From the NCBI GenBank assembly GCA_020536535.1, contig JAHLWZ010000989.1, positions 1 through 32,743 on the forward strand: 32,743 nt of DNA, read 5' to 3'. The notes under the pieces were generated by a model. It was not told the DNA's origin. It did not search any database and worked only from the letters and a program-made list of their open reading frames with translations. The stretch is from Pelomyxa schiedti. Its lineage: Eukaryota; Protista; Evosea. This document shows positions 9,599-21,438 of the stretch, in pieces; positions within the stretch are counted from its first letter, which is position 1; the number at the start of each line of letters is the position of its first letter. Both the position numbers and the translations under genes were made by a program.

Positions 9599-11058
9599 TC
9601 ACCAACCCATAACATCGGATATAACTGGAATGACAACTTGAGCCATCTTTTGGTGGCCACTAGTGTTGGGGTGTGCATCACAGCCGTAGTCAACTGGCCA
9701 CGTCAGAATGTTGAGCATGTTAATGTAGTAGCTGTGCAAAGGGATTTAACAAACGGTAGTACGCCAGATACTTACAATTTTTGTGGTTCACCTCCCATTT
9801 GATTTACAGATTCCTTTACACCCAGGCAGCAATGTTGGTTTGTTACAGGTCCGCAGATACAAAATATTGCAGCATTTGGATACCACTTCCTTAGATCTGT
9901 GAGGAAATCCACGTACCCACTCTCAAAGACTGAGAGGGGTGGGTAAGGCTCAGTGCTATAGTCATTGGTTCCCAGGTTCAGGATAACAACATCAGGGCTG
10001 TACAGGGAGAAGTCCCACATGAATTCCTCAGAATTACCAAGAGTTCTGGGCAGACATGAGGTGTAAAAAGAAGAAACTTGGGTATCGGGAAAAAAACCTT
10101 GGATATAAAGAAGGGAAGGGTTCGGATGACGTTATATTGGGGTCTCCATAATTCCTCACCTTGAAGTTTTTCAATTCCTACGCCAAAGGGGCCGGCAAGT
10201 TGTACCATTCCCTTTCCACTCCAAGCTTCAGTATATAGTACGGCATCAAATGTCTCAGCAATTAACGATTCATAGGCTAAGGTTGCATCCTGTGGAATGG
10301 ATCACAGGTTTTTCCGGGGAGTTCATAGAAACATACCTCTGTGTCATCAGACCAATCACAATCCGGTGAGGCACCAAGTATTCCATATCCACATGTCAAT
10401 GAGTCGCCAATGGCTTCAATAGTCCTTTCCTTTGAACGTGGAACAGGTTCAATGGTGTAGTCCCCAAGAGGAACAAATTCCACACCAGCAAAAGAGAGAA
10501 CACCGAGTGAAGCTTCAGTTCTTTTCATAACCAAGAGTTCATGTGCAGCACCGTCACTCGGCCACAAAATGTTGTAAGGAATAATGACTCCATCAGTCTC
10601 ATTTGTAACAAGAACCTGGGAAACCACTCCATCTGCATTACCAAATGCCAATGTCAGATGATTTTAATGCTTTCACAACTACGCAAATAACCTCTATATT
10701 AAATTTTAGAAAAGACACGCCAACGAAATGCACATAACGTCGAATTCCTTATATAGTACTATAGATATCCAGAGATTGTAGGAAAAAAGCACATGCCAAT
10801 GTACACGTTGAAGTAGTTGTCATGATCCGCCATCAGCAAACTAACAGAGGAAGCGCCAGAGATCGACACGCTGAAGGCGCACTGCGACCAATCGCACAAA
10901 AGCGCGTCGCCAGAGTCGTCCGCCATCCACCTCCCGATGTACGACAGCGCCGAGTCCGACCATCGCACGTCCACCACGCCCGACGTCGTGCGCGGTTGGG
11001 CCGCTTCGATCGAAGAGACGAGCCACAGTACAAGTACGCAAAAACCCACGAACCGCAT
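9599..11058 (-). CDS. Secreted SGNH/GDSL hydrolase, carbohydrate esterase family 2-like (acetyl xylan esterase-like), multi-exon
   Basis: Signal peptide MRFVGFCVLVLWLVSSIEA; YIGRW; VMKRTEA; IEAIGDSLTCGYG; AWSGKG; VVILNLGTND; YGCDAHPNTSGHQKMA; C-terminal MGW-stop. Confidence 0.88.
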
Positions 11059-11133
11059 TTCCTTGATCAGATTTGATTTTGATGTTCTTGGAAGTGTCGC
11101 AGTGCCCCGAATCCAGTGATTAGGCAACGTTAG

Positions 11134-13544
11134 ATGCAATTGTGCGGCCGCGATGCTGCCCGCATTGCTACTGGGGACGTTGCGCACGTGATGCGGGTGG
11201 CGCGCGTATTATGGGACAGCGTGGCGTCGCAGGGCTGGCTGGACGACCCCAAGTGGCCAAAGAATAAAATGAAGCAGGAGGCCCCGCAACCGACCCTGTT
11301 CAGCCTCGCCGAGGCCCTTTTCCCCCTGGTGGCCCTCGTATGCTCGCGTGTTCTGTCCCTCAGTGGTCTCGACTACGTCGGAACCTACCGCGCCATCGCT
11401 GGGGCCGCCTCGGTGCCCAGCGCCTCGTGCGTCGCTTGGATTATAGGCCACAGGAACCAACGCAGGCAGAGGCAAATGTCCGATACAACTATACTTAATT
11501 ATAAGCACTGACGCGCCACTTGCAGGGCCCCTGTTACTGCCACTGATAGTGCGACGGCGGAAATAATAGACAGGACTGATGAAAGAGTTGTGGTTAAAGA
11601 GGTCGCGGCGGTGTTGCTTGGCCTGTGTAATGGTGGCCATGTTGAGGAGGCACGCAAGTTGTTTGGTGGTGAGGGGGACGGGGCCACTAATGGTTGTGAT
11701 TCTACTGGCTCTCTGCCGTTATTGTGGGATGGCCGATGTATTGCTACGTGGAGCCTGGCTGCTTCCAATTCTTCTACTGCCTCCGTTTCGGTTTCCGCTT
11801 CCGCTTCGTCTGCTTCCATTTCTGCTACAACTTCGTGCGCAAATGATGGGATGAAAGTGGGAGTTGGTGGTGAGAAACCGGGAATTACTTTGCAGGAAAG
11901 TGTGAAAGAGCATGTGAGGGCTTCATGCGGGAATTATGAGGTGTTTGTGAAGGCTTCAACGGCGGGCCATGTACCCGTCATCAGGTGGCTGGTGTCTGTG
12001 CTCGGAATCCCGAAGGAGGAGGCACCTTGGGTGCTGTCCCAATCGCCCCTGTCACTGGCGCTTCACAGCGGGAAGAATGAAGTGGCCAAGTGCCTGGTTG
12101 ACGAGGTTGGATTCGCAAGCCTGGAACCATCGCAGTTTGCCAGTATGGTTGAGTGGTGTGCCAGGGGAGCATCGCCGGGCTGGGTCAAGTGGTGGGCTGA
12201 GAAGTTCTCGGTGGTTTTGCATTGCGCTTGCTATATTGGTCACTTGTTGTGGAACAGGCACAGCACAGTGGAGGATTGCAAATGGATGGAAGATGATATT
12301 CGCGAAAGGGGGTTAGATTTACTTACCTTGCAGGGAATTAAGAATGCGGATGTTGCCAAGTGGATCCTATCAATACTCCCCGATTCAGCGTGCATAGAGA
12401 GCATTGTAAATAATCTATGCCGTACTCTTGGGGATGTTTCACTTGCTGAGTGGCTTGTCACTGAGAAGCACTTCACACCAACAGAACGGACCTTTGCCTC
12501 GGCATGCTCTACACGTAAACAAGGTTCCTCTCTTGCAAAGTGGCTTTTGAACAGGGTTGCACCCTCACAGCCGTATATAATAAGCTCTTTTACGAACGCA
12601 CTACGTATCAGCAACACAGACGTTGCAAATTGGTTGGAGGAAACCTTCCACGTGATGGATTTTATCAACTCCAATCCTAAGACTGCTGCCTCTACTCTGG
12701 AAGAAATATGCCACGACTATGATGACAAGGACAAAGTGGCAGGGTTGAAGTGGTTCATTAGGCGCCTCTCACAGCCTGATAAGATCGATGACCTAACAAT
12801 TATCAAGGCGATATCTCTGGCAATAACGTATCATCGTATGAATTGCGCATTAATGTTGCTGGATACATTCCCCAAGTTTGATCCATGGAGGCACCCACTG
12901 TTGTTTAAGCTATTGATTGCGGGAGTCCTTAGATGTCGTGATCTGACGACTCTGAAGCGCCTACTATTGCCTATTGGTTCCTCATTCTCACTATCTAGTA
13001 CTTTAGAGATTACGGAACTGTGCTTGTCTGGTAGCAAGTTCCAGCCGCTCTCAAGCAAGATTGTGAAGTGGTTATTCAACAGTTCAATCTACAGTACAGC
13101 CACGTCAGTGTCAATAGCAATGCACTGCTGCTCAAGCTCTTCTGCAGAAGGAAGAATCGATGTGCAGAGTGGCTCATTGACTTGTTTAACATCCCTCTTT
13201 ATGATGCAAGTTCTCGTAACCTTCTTTCTCTTACAATTACCAACCACAAAAACCCAAAACAGGTTGTTGAAATGGCCAAGAATTGGACTGACCATGATTT
13301 TGAACCGGACCTTGCAGGATGGAAAATGCTCATCCGAAAGTACCGCGACGGGATTGACACAGAACTTATCAGACAGAACCTGATGCGTCTCGTTGTCACG
13401 TCACCTCCCATAGCCACATTCACAATGCACAACTACGGAATCACATTGTCAGAGATACTTGAGTATATTGAGACATTGGAGAGTGAAACCTCTCCCACAT
13501 ACAATATGTGGCTTCTTTATGCTCTTCAACATCAAGGGTCTTGA
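11134..13544 (+). pseudogene. Disrupted paralog of the lineage-specific ankyrin-like repeat family
   Basis: Shares AEALFPLV, CVxWI, VLxGLCxxGH, SSKxVKW and CAEWLID with 2206-4537. Has an in-frame TGA at 11509-11511 and a 1-nt frameshift at ~13070. Confidence 0.75.
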
Positions 13545-13903
13545 TTCTGCACGTGTTTTGCTTATTGTTTTTCAACGGTAAGCTGCTTGGAAAGAAAGGA
13601 AAAATAGTGGGTGGTGCACATGTAGTGGCATGGGAAAATGTTCCACCCAGTCATCCGTTGTTACACCTCTGCTGTATGAACCTAAGAGATCCTGGCCAAA
13701 CCGATCACTCAGCCAGAATGTTGCGTGTTCGAGATTCGTCCTTGTCAGATTGATAGGGGCCGGTCTGATTGCGGTTCCTTTGTTGCTATTATGGGTACCA
13801 TTAATAGGAGCAAAAATTACTGATGGCAGATGACTGACTGTGGAGCGGAAAGGCTCGCTGGTTGTGTGGAGGTTCCGGTTTCCTATAAAACTCCTGGCCG
13901 ACG

Positions 13904-15043
13904 ATGCAACTTAATCGCATCGCCGTCGAACGTGTCCTCGACGCGCGTGAACAATTCGTGGCGATGTGCGTTGCACTTTGCCCTCCACCCACAATCCAGT
14001 CACGAGCACCGGCTCGTATCACAAACGACGTAGCAAGGCTCATCGGTGAGTGCTGGGTGCTCACTCCCGTCCGGCGCTTCCTTGCCACTGTTGCTGGCGG
14101 TCACTGTCGCCCCATCGTGGTGTCGATCGGCCCGACGCTTGGCATCGTGAGTGCTGACGAGGACGACGTGTGGACCAGGTTCCATTCGTTGTTGTGCTGG
14201 CTGGGCTGCTACTGTGACAGGGTCCTGGCCTGGTTCGACGATTCATCAGGGTGGCCAAGGAGCATGCAATTGGTGGATGTTACAAGAACCCTTGATCCCG
14301 TGCCGCTGAGAATCAAAACCATGCCGAGCCCAAGGCATGAACCTCTCAAGTACTGGGGGAACCATAAGTGGGTTTTGGGGTTCAGGGAGGGGGAGCTGTT
14401 GCTCAACAGGGCAGATTCAACTTCCTCGTGGGTCGGAATTGCGATACCATCTGTGGTGGCTATTGATGTTGTGTTCTCGCACACCGCGCCTGGCCTCATT
14501 GGGCCCGGCGACGAGGCCTCCGTGCTGGTATCCACTGACACGAACGACGAAACAGTCGTGAGGAGGCTGATGACCGTGGACCTGGGGAAGAGCTTCTCGT
14601 CAGGCTCGCTGGCTGCTGTTTCTGAGGGGGAGGAACTCAGCTCGCAATGGGGGTCCAGGTGCCACACTTGCCTTTTCATTGATGGCAGTTGCCATCTAAA
14701 GACTGTGGAGCTGCATCTCGAACCGGACCACGCGCCCTTCAGTGCGTTTGATGTGAGCTTCGAGACTGGTGAGAGGACCAAGCTGCGTGGCGGGTGCCAG
14801 TTTGTTGACAGGGTGAGCAATGAAATTGTCATGCTTGGTACAACCCCATACCACGTGTTCACACGCCAAGCATGTGCCTCTGTACCCCGTGGTTGGCAAC
14901 AGAACCTTATGAACCGTGGTTTTGTTGTTGGACCAGAGGAACCCTCGCCAATCACACCAATCAAGAGCAGGGCTGTGATTGATATGCAGACAGGGGTGAC
15001 TCTGTGCCGTTTCCGTAGTGCATCATTTATTGTGTTCCTGTAA
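13904..15043 (+). CDS. Intronless hypothetical protein, probably from a lineage-specific expanded family (379 aa)
   Basis: Long ATG-initiated ORF with N-terminal DAREQFVAM...ARLIGECWV...VSIGPTLGIV, plus NHKWV and VDLGKSFSSG motifs. Confidence 0.75.
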   Translation: MQLNRIAVERVLDAREQFVAMCVALCPPPTIQSRAPARITNDVARLIGECWVLTPVRRFLATVAGGHCRPIVVSIGPTLGIVSADEDDVWTRFHSLLCWLGCYCDRVLAWFDDSSGWPRSMQLVDVTRTLDPVPLRIKTMPSPRHEPLKYWGNHKWVLGFREGELLLNRADSTSSWVGIAIPSVVAIDVVFSHTAPGLIGPGDEASVLVSTDTNDETVVRRLMTVDLGKSFSSGSLAAVSEGEELSSQWGSRCHTCLFIDGSCHLKTVELHLEPDHAPFSAFDVSFETGERTKLRGGCQFVDRVSNEIVMLGTTPYHVFTRQACASVPRGWQQNLMNRGFVVGPEEPSPITPIKSRAVIDMQTGVTLCRFRSASFIVFL

Positions 15044-15186
15044 CTCATATTCATTGTACAGTTACTCAACTCCGCTTTAGATCCCTTGACATGACATGAT
15101 GTGAATTGATTGATAACCGGGGAAAAAATTTTTTTGGTACGCAGTGGGCCCTCGTACACTGGTTGTGGTGTATGGGTAGCGTATTT

Positions 15187-16897
15187 TTAGTTAGGGGCAA
15201 AATTGTTGACATGGGTACTGTTGGAGTAGACATAGATAACAAGGGCACCAGTGGTAATATTAACAGCAAAGAATAAAGCGCTGCTTAGCCATAGTGCTGT
15301 GAATGTTGGCTGGCCCAGGAACTCCAAGGAATAAGCATAGTTGAGCCAGAATCCTTGTGGGATGGCCCATACAGCAAATACTACCAGCACACCAAAACCC
15401 AAGTTGCGCATTCCCCTATGAAGGCCAGACTGCACGGTTGCATGCCCTTTGTATCTGCACAGAATTGCGGTCAGGCCCCGTGATAGTTCAGGAACTAGAA
15501 GAGGGAACAATGACAAGTACCACGAGTAGTATTGCATTGTGCAAACCTGTTTAATGGTGAACTTGGGTATCTGTTAGGTGAAAATACCTTGTTAAATGTT
15601 ACAAACATCAGAGTCATTAAGAATAAACACAGATTGATGTGTCTGGTACTCAGTCTCCACACAATAGCCACTAACACGGCAAGCTGAGGAACAAACCCAA
15701 GAAGGGAGATAATAACCCGCTGGAAACCACCGGTTGTGACAGTTGACGAAGATACTGTAGTAAGATAAATGTAGTAGAAATATATAGATAGATTATGGCG
15801 ATGGTCAGTCCGTGTGACATGGTACAAGTAGGTTTGGTATAAAAAATCCCAGCCATACCTTGTAAACAAAGTAATTCCAACAGAAAATAGGCGTTTTCTC
15901 ATACATACAAGGTGTAGCAAAACAAAGTCAGCAAGAGAAACACGGAAAAAGAAGTGATGCCAAACACCCATTGCCTTGCATTGAACCGGTTGAGAATCGG
16001 GAAGCAAGATATTGCCCTCATGAACAGGTTGTTATCTGCCTTCGGTTTCGTTTGGCACGTTCCCCCACCATTTCTTCCCAAATGGAAAAGTAATGGAAAT
16101 GCATAAAGTACTGGATATATCTTGAAGTGAACAGCAGTGCCATATAGAACACTTCCCAGCACCACCCTCGAGGAAGAGATGAAATACAGAGCGGAAATGA
16201 CCAGCGCACAAACCACAGACTCTGAATTCCCCCGCGTACTTATATTGACAGAGAGCGGATTGAAAAGCCAGCAGCAAGCTGCCACCATCCCATAAAATTC
16301 AGCAGCTTTTTGTACTTCTTTCTCCCCATCATGGGACTGATAATTTCGTTTGTTTGCTGTCAGTCCCTTCTTTCCCGTGTCCTTCTCCTCTTCCTTTTGC
16401 TTTTGCTTTTTTCCTTTGCTGCTCAGAACCACAGAGTGATACAAAAACCAGGCGATGGCGCAGTCCAGTACGCAAAACACCAACTTCCCATAATCGCGCC
16501 ACACAAGCAAGCTCGGCGCCACCAAAGCAGCTAAAAGCGGGGTGTATCTATACGTGCTCCTGTCGTACGGCGACCCAATCCACCGGCCTCCCTGTGGCAC
16601 CGCAATGACGTCATCTCCTTCGCCGCAGTTGCTTCTGCCGCTGGCGTCATGATCGGCGCCTGCGCCGACGCCGAAGATCGTCCCCGCGTTTCCGCCGGGC
16701 GACGCCGCGCGTCCCATAATGGCCCCGCCCTCGAGGATGCAGCGAGCGCCGTCCACCACCACGTTGTAGTCGACGTCGGTGTAGGCCACCGGCAGAGCCG
16801 CGTCCTGCCACTCGCCGTACATCACCAAGCACACTCGCACTACAAATCCGCACGCGATGACGCGCAGCAGCACTGAACTACTCGCAGCGCAGCCCAT
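15187..16897 (-). CDS. PIGM: GPI mannosyltransferase 1 (PIG-M/Gpi14)
   Basis: YTDVDY (DxD), SPYDRSTYRYTPLLA, NISTRGNSES, HFKIYP, TYLYHVTRTDHRHNLSIYFY, FVTFNKV, QYYSWY; multiple TM segments; at least two introns. Confidence 0.95.
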
Positions 16898-16996
16898 TGG
16901 ACTACCAAAAAAAAACCCAAAAAGAACCTTTTTGCGGTGTGATGGTTTTCGCGGAAGAGAATGTGAGTGAAAAGAAAGGAAAAAAGGAACGGTCTA

Positions 16997-18911
16997 ATGT
17001 CCCTGCCACCATTCGGGGGGTCTACTTCCGGCCCCCCAACACTGTCCATCAGAGCAGTACTCCCTACACCCTCCTCGTCGTCTTCGCAGCTCACGGCGGT
17101 GGGCCCGGGCCTCCCGCGATTCATGGGCACCGTTGGGCCTCCCCCTCCGCCTCCTCCGGCCTGGTGCGGCTCGCTCCCCCTCTCAGACAGGCAGCAACAA
17201 CCGGCGCCGCCGGCGGTGGTCGCCATGGCCGCCGCGTGCAGCAGCCGGGCCGTGGCCCTGCCCCCGCTCGCCTCCCCCGCATCCACCAACACCTCGGTTG
17301 TCTCTGCTCCCGCTACCGTCATCACCACAACGGCTCCCACCAGTACAGCCACCACCACCACCACCACCACCAGTAGCACGACAATAACCACGGGGCTGCC
17401 GCCCTTAGTGGTGCCCTGCCCGCCTCCTCCTATTACCCTCGCCCCCGCCAGTCCCACTACGCTCCTCTCCAACGCCTTTTCTTCCGCCTCCGCCTCCTCC
17501 TCCTCCTCCTCGTCGTCGTCATCGTCGTCGCCTTCGTCTCAGGTGCGGCCAGTTTACACTGGGGGACTTTGTTCCAATGTTGTTGGGAGTGGGGGTGGTG
17601 GTGCAATTGAGAATGCCTCCTTGGGGGGTGTTGCTCTGCCACCTCTGTTTGTGGCTCCTGTAAGCGGCGCCCTCGCGGTCAATTCTGCGGGTGGCGGCGC
17701 TGTAAGTGGGGGCACTGCAAGACCGGGGACCTCAATTTCGCCGCGGTTCTATTCCAATGAGCTTTCACCGGATATGCAGCAGCAGCAGCAACAACAACAA
17801 CAACAACAGCAACAGCAGCAGCCACAGCAGGCTGAATTGACTCCACAGGGAGTACCTACTGGTGTGAGCACACCACTGGGATTGCCGCCGCCTATGAGCC
17901 CTGCTAGTAAGCCAGTGAGGTCTCCAAAGCGACGAAGGGTCCATTCGGTCACCGCCATGGTTGGTGGGTGCATTGCTGTTGGACCGAATGATGGCACAAT
18001 CACCCTGGATGCCGGGGTTTCCACATCCAACACTTCCTCCTCACCAATTTCTCTGCAAGTAATGCGGGGTAAGAAACCTCACAGCTCCATATCCGCAGCT
18101 TTAGCCACACCCACTCCTATTCCGCCTGTAACTCCCCTGGCACCACTTGCACCCACTGCCAATGGCACAACTTGTCACAAGCCACGATCAGTATACTCCC
18201 CACAGTCACTCTCCATATTCCTTGGCGTAAAATCCCAAATGAGTGCATACAATTTTCTCCAACATCACAAACCAATGCCTCCTAACTTGATTGCGGCCGT
18301 TCTACCGTCTATTTCTCGGCTCAAAAAAGATTACACCACTATACTAGGCGTTCCCGAAACACCCCAAACTCTTACACAAAATACCCCCACCAACACACAA
18401 AGCAACACAACTTCAAATTCCACGAATCCTACTCCTTCAGGCTCCGCTTCTTCCACACAGACAGCACAATCAGTGCAACACCCATGTGACTATAAACCAA
18501 CCGGCTCACCACCCATCACCAACCTTCGCGGTAATGAGTGCTTTGTACGGCCCCCACTTCAGTCCAGTTTCGAAACACTACCCCGCGGAACTCTGATGAA
18601 GGCACCATCACCGGCCTTCCTGTTGCACACAAGAGAACAAGGGATATCTGCAGCAATTTCCCACAGGAAACATGTTCTCTCCCAAAGTGGTGTGACACCT
18701 CAAAACACCTTTAAATCATTGACCTCCTTTTTAGTACAAAATTCCACTGCCACACAACAAGAGCGCTTAGAACTCCTCAAGTTGAAGGTTTTTTTTTTCA
18801 AAAACACTACGTACACTCTGTGCTCATAAAAAACCCAAGGCATTGGATATTCAACACACACTACGGCAACAAGTGAACAGAATAAAAGCAGGAAAAATCG
18901 AGGGCACATAG
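16997..18911 (+). CDS. Low-complexity protein with QLQ-like and Snf2/BRM pre-HSA-like segments, no ATPase domain
   Basis: P/S/T/Q-rich N-terminus; YSPQSLSIFLGVKSQMSAYNFLQHHKPMPPNLIAAV (QLQ-like); SPAFLLHTREQGISAAISHRKHVL; LELLKLK/ALDIQHTLRQQV across a phase-0 intron at 18788-18839; TAG at 18909-18911. Confidence 0.75.
17777..17821 (+). repeat. CAG/CAA trinucleotide repeat encoding polyQ
   Basis: Run of CAG/CAA codons inside the 16997-18911 gene. Confidence 0.9.
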
Positions 18912-18958
18912 GTTATTCCAATTTGGCTCTGTTAGGGCTGGAAGTAAAACTTTGTTTT

Positions 18959-21215
18959 TCAACAAAGAATGCAATGGTCATTGCTATGTGCCTTGGATGT
19001 AGTGGTTGTGGTGGATGTTGCTTTTGCTGTGGGTGGTTCCTCCGGCTTCTGTTCACCATCTGGGGGACAGCCCAATTTTTCTCCAAACACGTGGAGCTGG
19101 TGCATGAATGCACTGTTGGGGTATATGATTGGACGGGCCGCCGACACGAATTTGTGAGCTTCTTCGACGGATATTCTCCGTTTGGCCATCAAATAGGAAA
19201 TAACGATGGTAGCACTTCTGGAAATACCGGCGGCACTGTTGTGTGTTTAGATATCATAAATGAGAAAAGAACTGAAAAGAACCAGTGAACGAGAACTGCT
19301 GTGCCGTGTTCTAAGGCTTCGTCCATGAACTGGTGGCATGCCTCAAAATGAGAAAGTAAATCTGTGCTCTCTTCGTCTTCAACGGGAATTATAAAATAGT
19401 TGAAGTCATGTGGGTAGACCCCAACTTTGACGTCAAGAACTGTTACAACGTGGGTTACATGCCTAGACTGTAACAGTCAGGGAAGATATGAATGTGTATT
19501 TCGTACTACCTTCAACAAATACTTATTTTTCCCTGCCAACTGGGATCCCAACCATAATCCCGGAATAATTTCATTGGAACTTCTCTCTCCAGAATCAGCA
19601 ATACAACCCTTCGGGAGTGCTACAGCAGGCTACAGTGGTGAGATATAGACTCACTGCCGTTTTGTTGTTTGTTACTTGTAGATTCTACACCTCTCGATAT
19701 AGTATTGGGTTTCCTATAAGTAAGAATTGCTTCAAAGCAGGTGGCATCTCTGGTGGGAACTCCTCAATCTCGTTGTAACTGTGAATAGTTAACACCGATT
19801 GGAAAAAGGGAATATACCAGAGATCAAGAGCAACGAGATTCCTCATGCAGGAAATCTGTGGTGGAATAACTGCTATACGATTTGACTGCAGATTAAGGGC
19901 GACAAGAGCAGGGTTCAATAAACACGAGAAATTGTTAATATCGTTATTCCTATTGGTACCTTAACGTCAGTGGCTAACACAAACTTACTCAAGGTGCAAG
20001 GTGTTAAGAGAATGAAGGCTGAACAGCTCAGGTATTTCTTTCACCTTGTTGTTACTGAGATTTAACCTTGATTGAAGATCAACGTTCCAGCTGTTATCTT
20101 AGAGAAACCCACACACGAAGAGCTGAGAGCCTGGAGAGCTGCGATCTGGGCTCTGAAAAAGTTGAAATGTGATTCTCTTGCAATTGCAATTCAGTCAAGT
20201 GAGTAAAAGAGTAAATACACGCTGGGAATTCATCCAACTGATTTTCAGCGATATCAAGGGTTGTCAGATTGGAGAGCTTTGCTGTTTCCAGAATAAGTTT
20301 TTTTTTATGGCGAGATTCATAGGTTTTAGCCTACAAAATGTATGAGGTAAACTATGTATCCTGTTTGCTCCAAGGCGAAGAGTATTCAAACATGTCAAAG
20401 AACCTGATTTTTGTAATTTGGTTAAAAAAAGGGGGAACCCCAGCAGACTACCAAATTCCTCGGGAATTGAAGATATCTGATTTTGACTCAGAAGTAATTC
20501 CGTAAGTCCAGTCAAGTTTCCTATTGGAGTGAGGTTTTAGTACCTGCAGCACCGGGGTTAACCTGACCTATCTGTACTGGAATTTCGGTGATAACATTAT
20601 TGTTCAGGTGCAAAGTGTGTAACTTTGATAGAGAAGTTACTTCAGGAGGAATGATCTTAAATCTGTTGCCTGTGAGCCGGAGTGTGATGAGGTTTTCCAG
20701 CCCCTCAAGTATCACTTAGGCTCCAACAAGTTAGGATGGAAATTACCTCCAAAGAAGGCAGACCCTCCAAGTAATTTGACCCAAGGTCAAGAACCCGAAG
20801 TGATGCGAGCTGAGTAATTTGTGGAGGAAGATCAATACAATCATTATTTGACAGAATCAGAGATGTGATGTGGTCACAGCCCCACAGAATATCAGGAAAG
20901 CATTCACGCGTTGCCAATCGCCTGAATAAAATGCAATGAAAAACATTGCGCTATATTCTGCATAATACGACGGAGTATGGCAAGATTAGCAAGCAAGCAA
21001 ACAAACCTGAATCCCACGAACAACAAGTCACGCTGCGGCGTCTTTCCCAGGAGTGCCTCCACTTCGCCCTCCACCTTTTTTTTCGTGGAGTCTACTTCCT
21101 CAGCAGTCATGGCAAGAGGAGATCTTGCCAAACGCCCGAATCTAACAATAGGTGGCGCTCCGGGTAACGACGTAACAGGGGCAACAACCGTCCGCGTGCC
21201 ACTGACACCCGCCAT
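18959..21215 (-). CDS. Leucine-rich-repeat dual-specificity phosphatase (MPL/LRR-DSP type), multi-exon
   Basis: Many LxxLxLxxNxI repeats, followed by EIIPGLWLGS, IPVEDEES, the catalytic motif VLVHC/AAGISRS (split by an intron) and RPIIYPNSAF. Ends in HCILC-stop. Confidence 0.9.
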
Positions 21216-21438
21216 TTTGTTTTCTTTTTTTTTTCCTCTTTCGTTTTCCCGGTGTCCGTTTTGGTTCCATGAAGCCAAAACAATGTCGTCGCAAGCGACG
21301 CGGCCGCTGACCATGTTGCAAAAGACCGACGCGGAGTTGATTTTGCAAGGGGACCCGACATTTTCCAGAGCGCTCTTCGAAGTAGAGCCACCTCCTACCC
21401 ACCATGAAGTTTGACAAAACCAAAACAACGAAACACAG

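Noticed and set aside
11509-11511. Selenocysteine or reassigned TGA
   Set aside because: The site is in a non-conserved linker, the same gene has a second lesion, no SECIS was recognised, and TGA terminates CDC20 and the esterase.
14209-15159. 316-aa minus-strand ORF
   Set aside because: Antisense shadow of the 13904-15043 gene, with no recognisable motifs.
17749-18033. Poly-Cys minus-strand ORF
   Set aside because: Antisense reading of the polyQ repeat.
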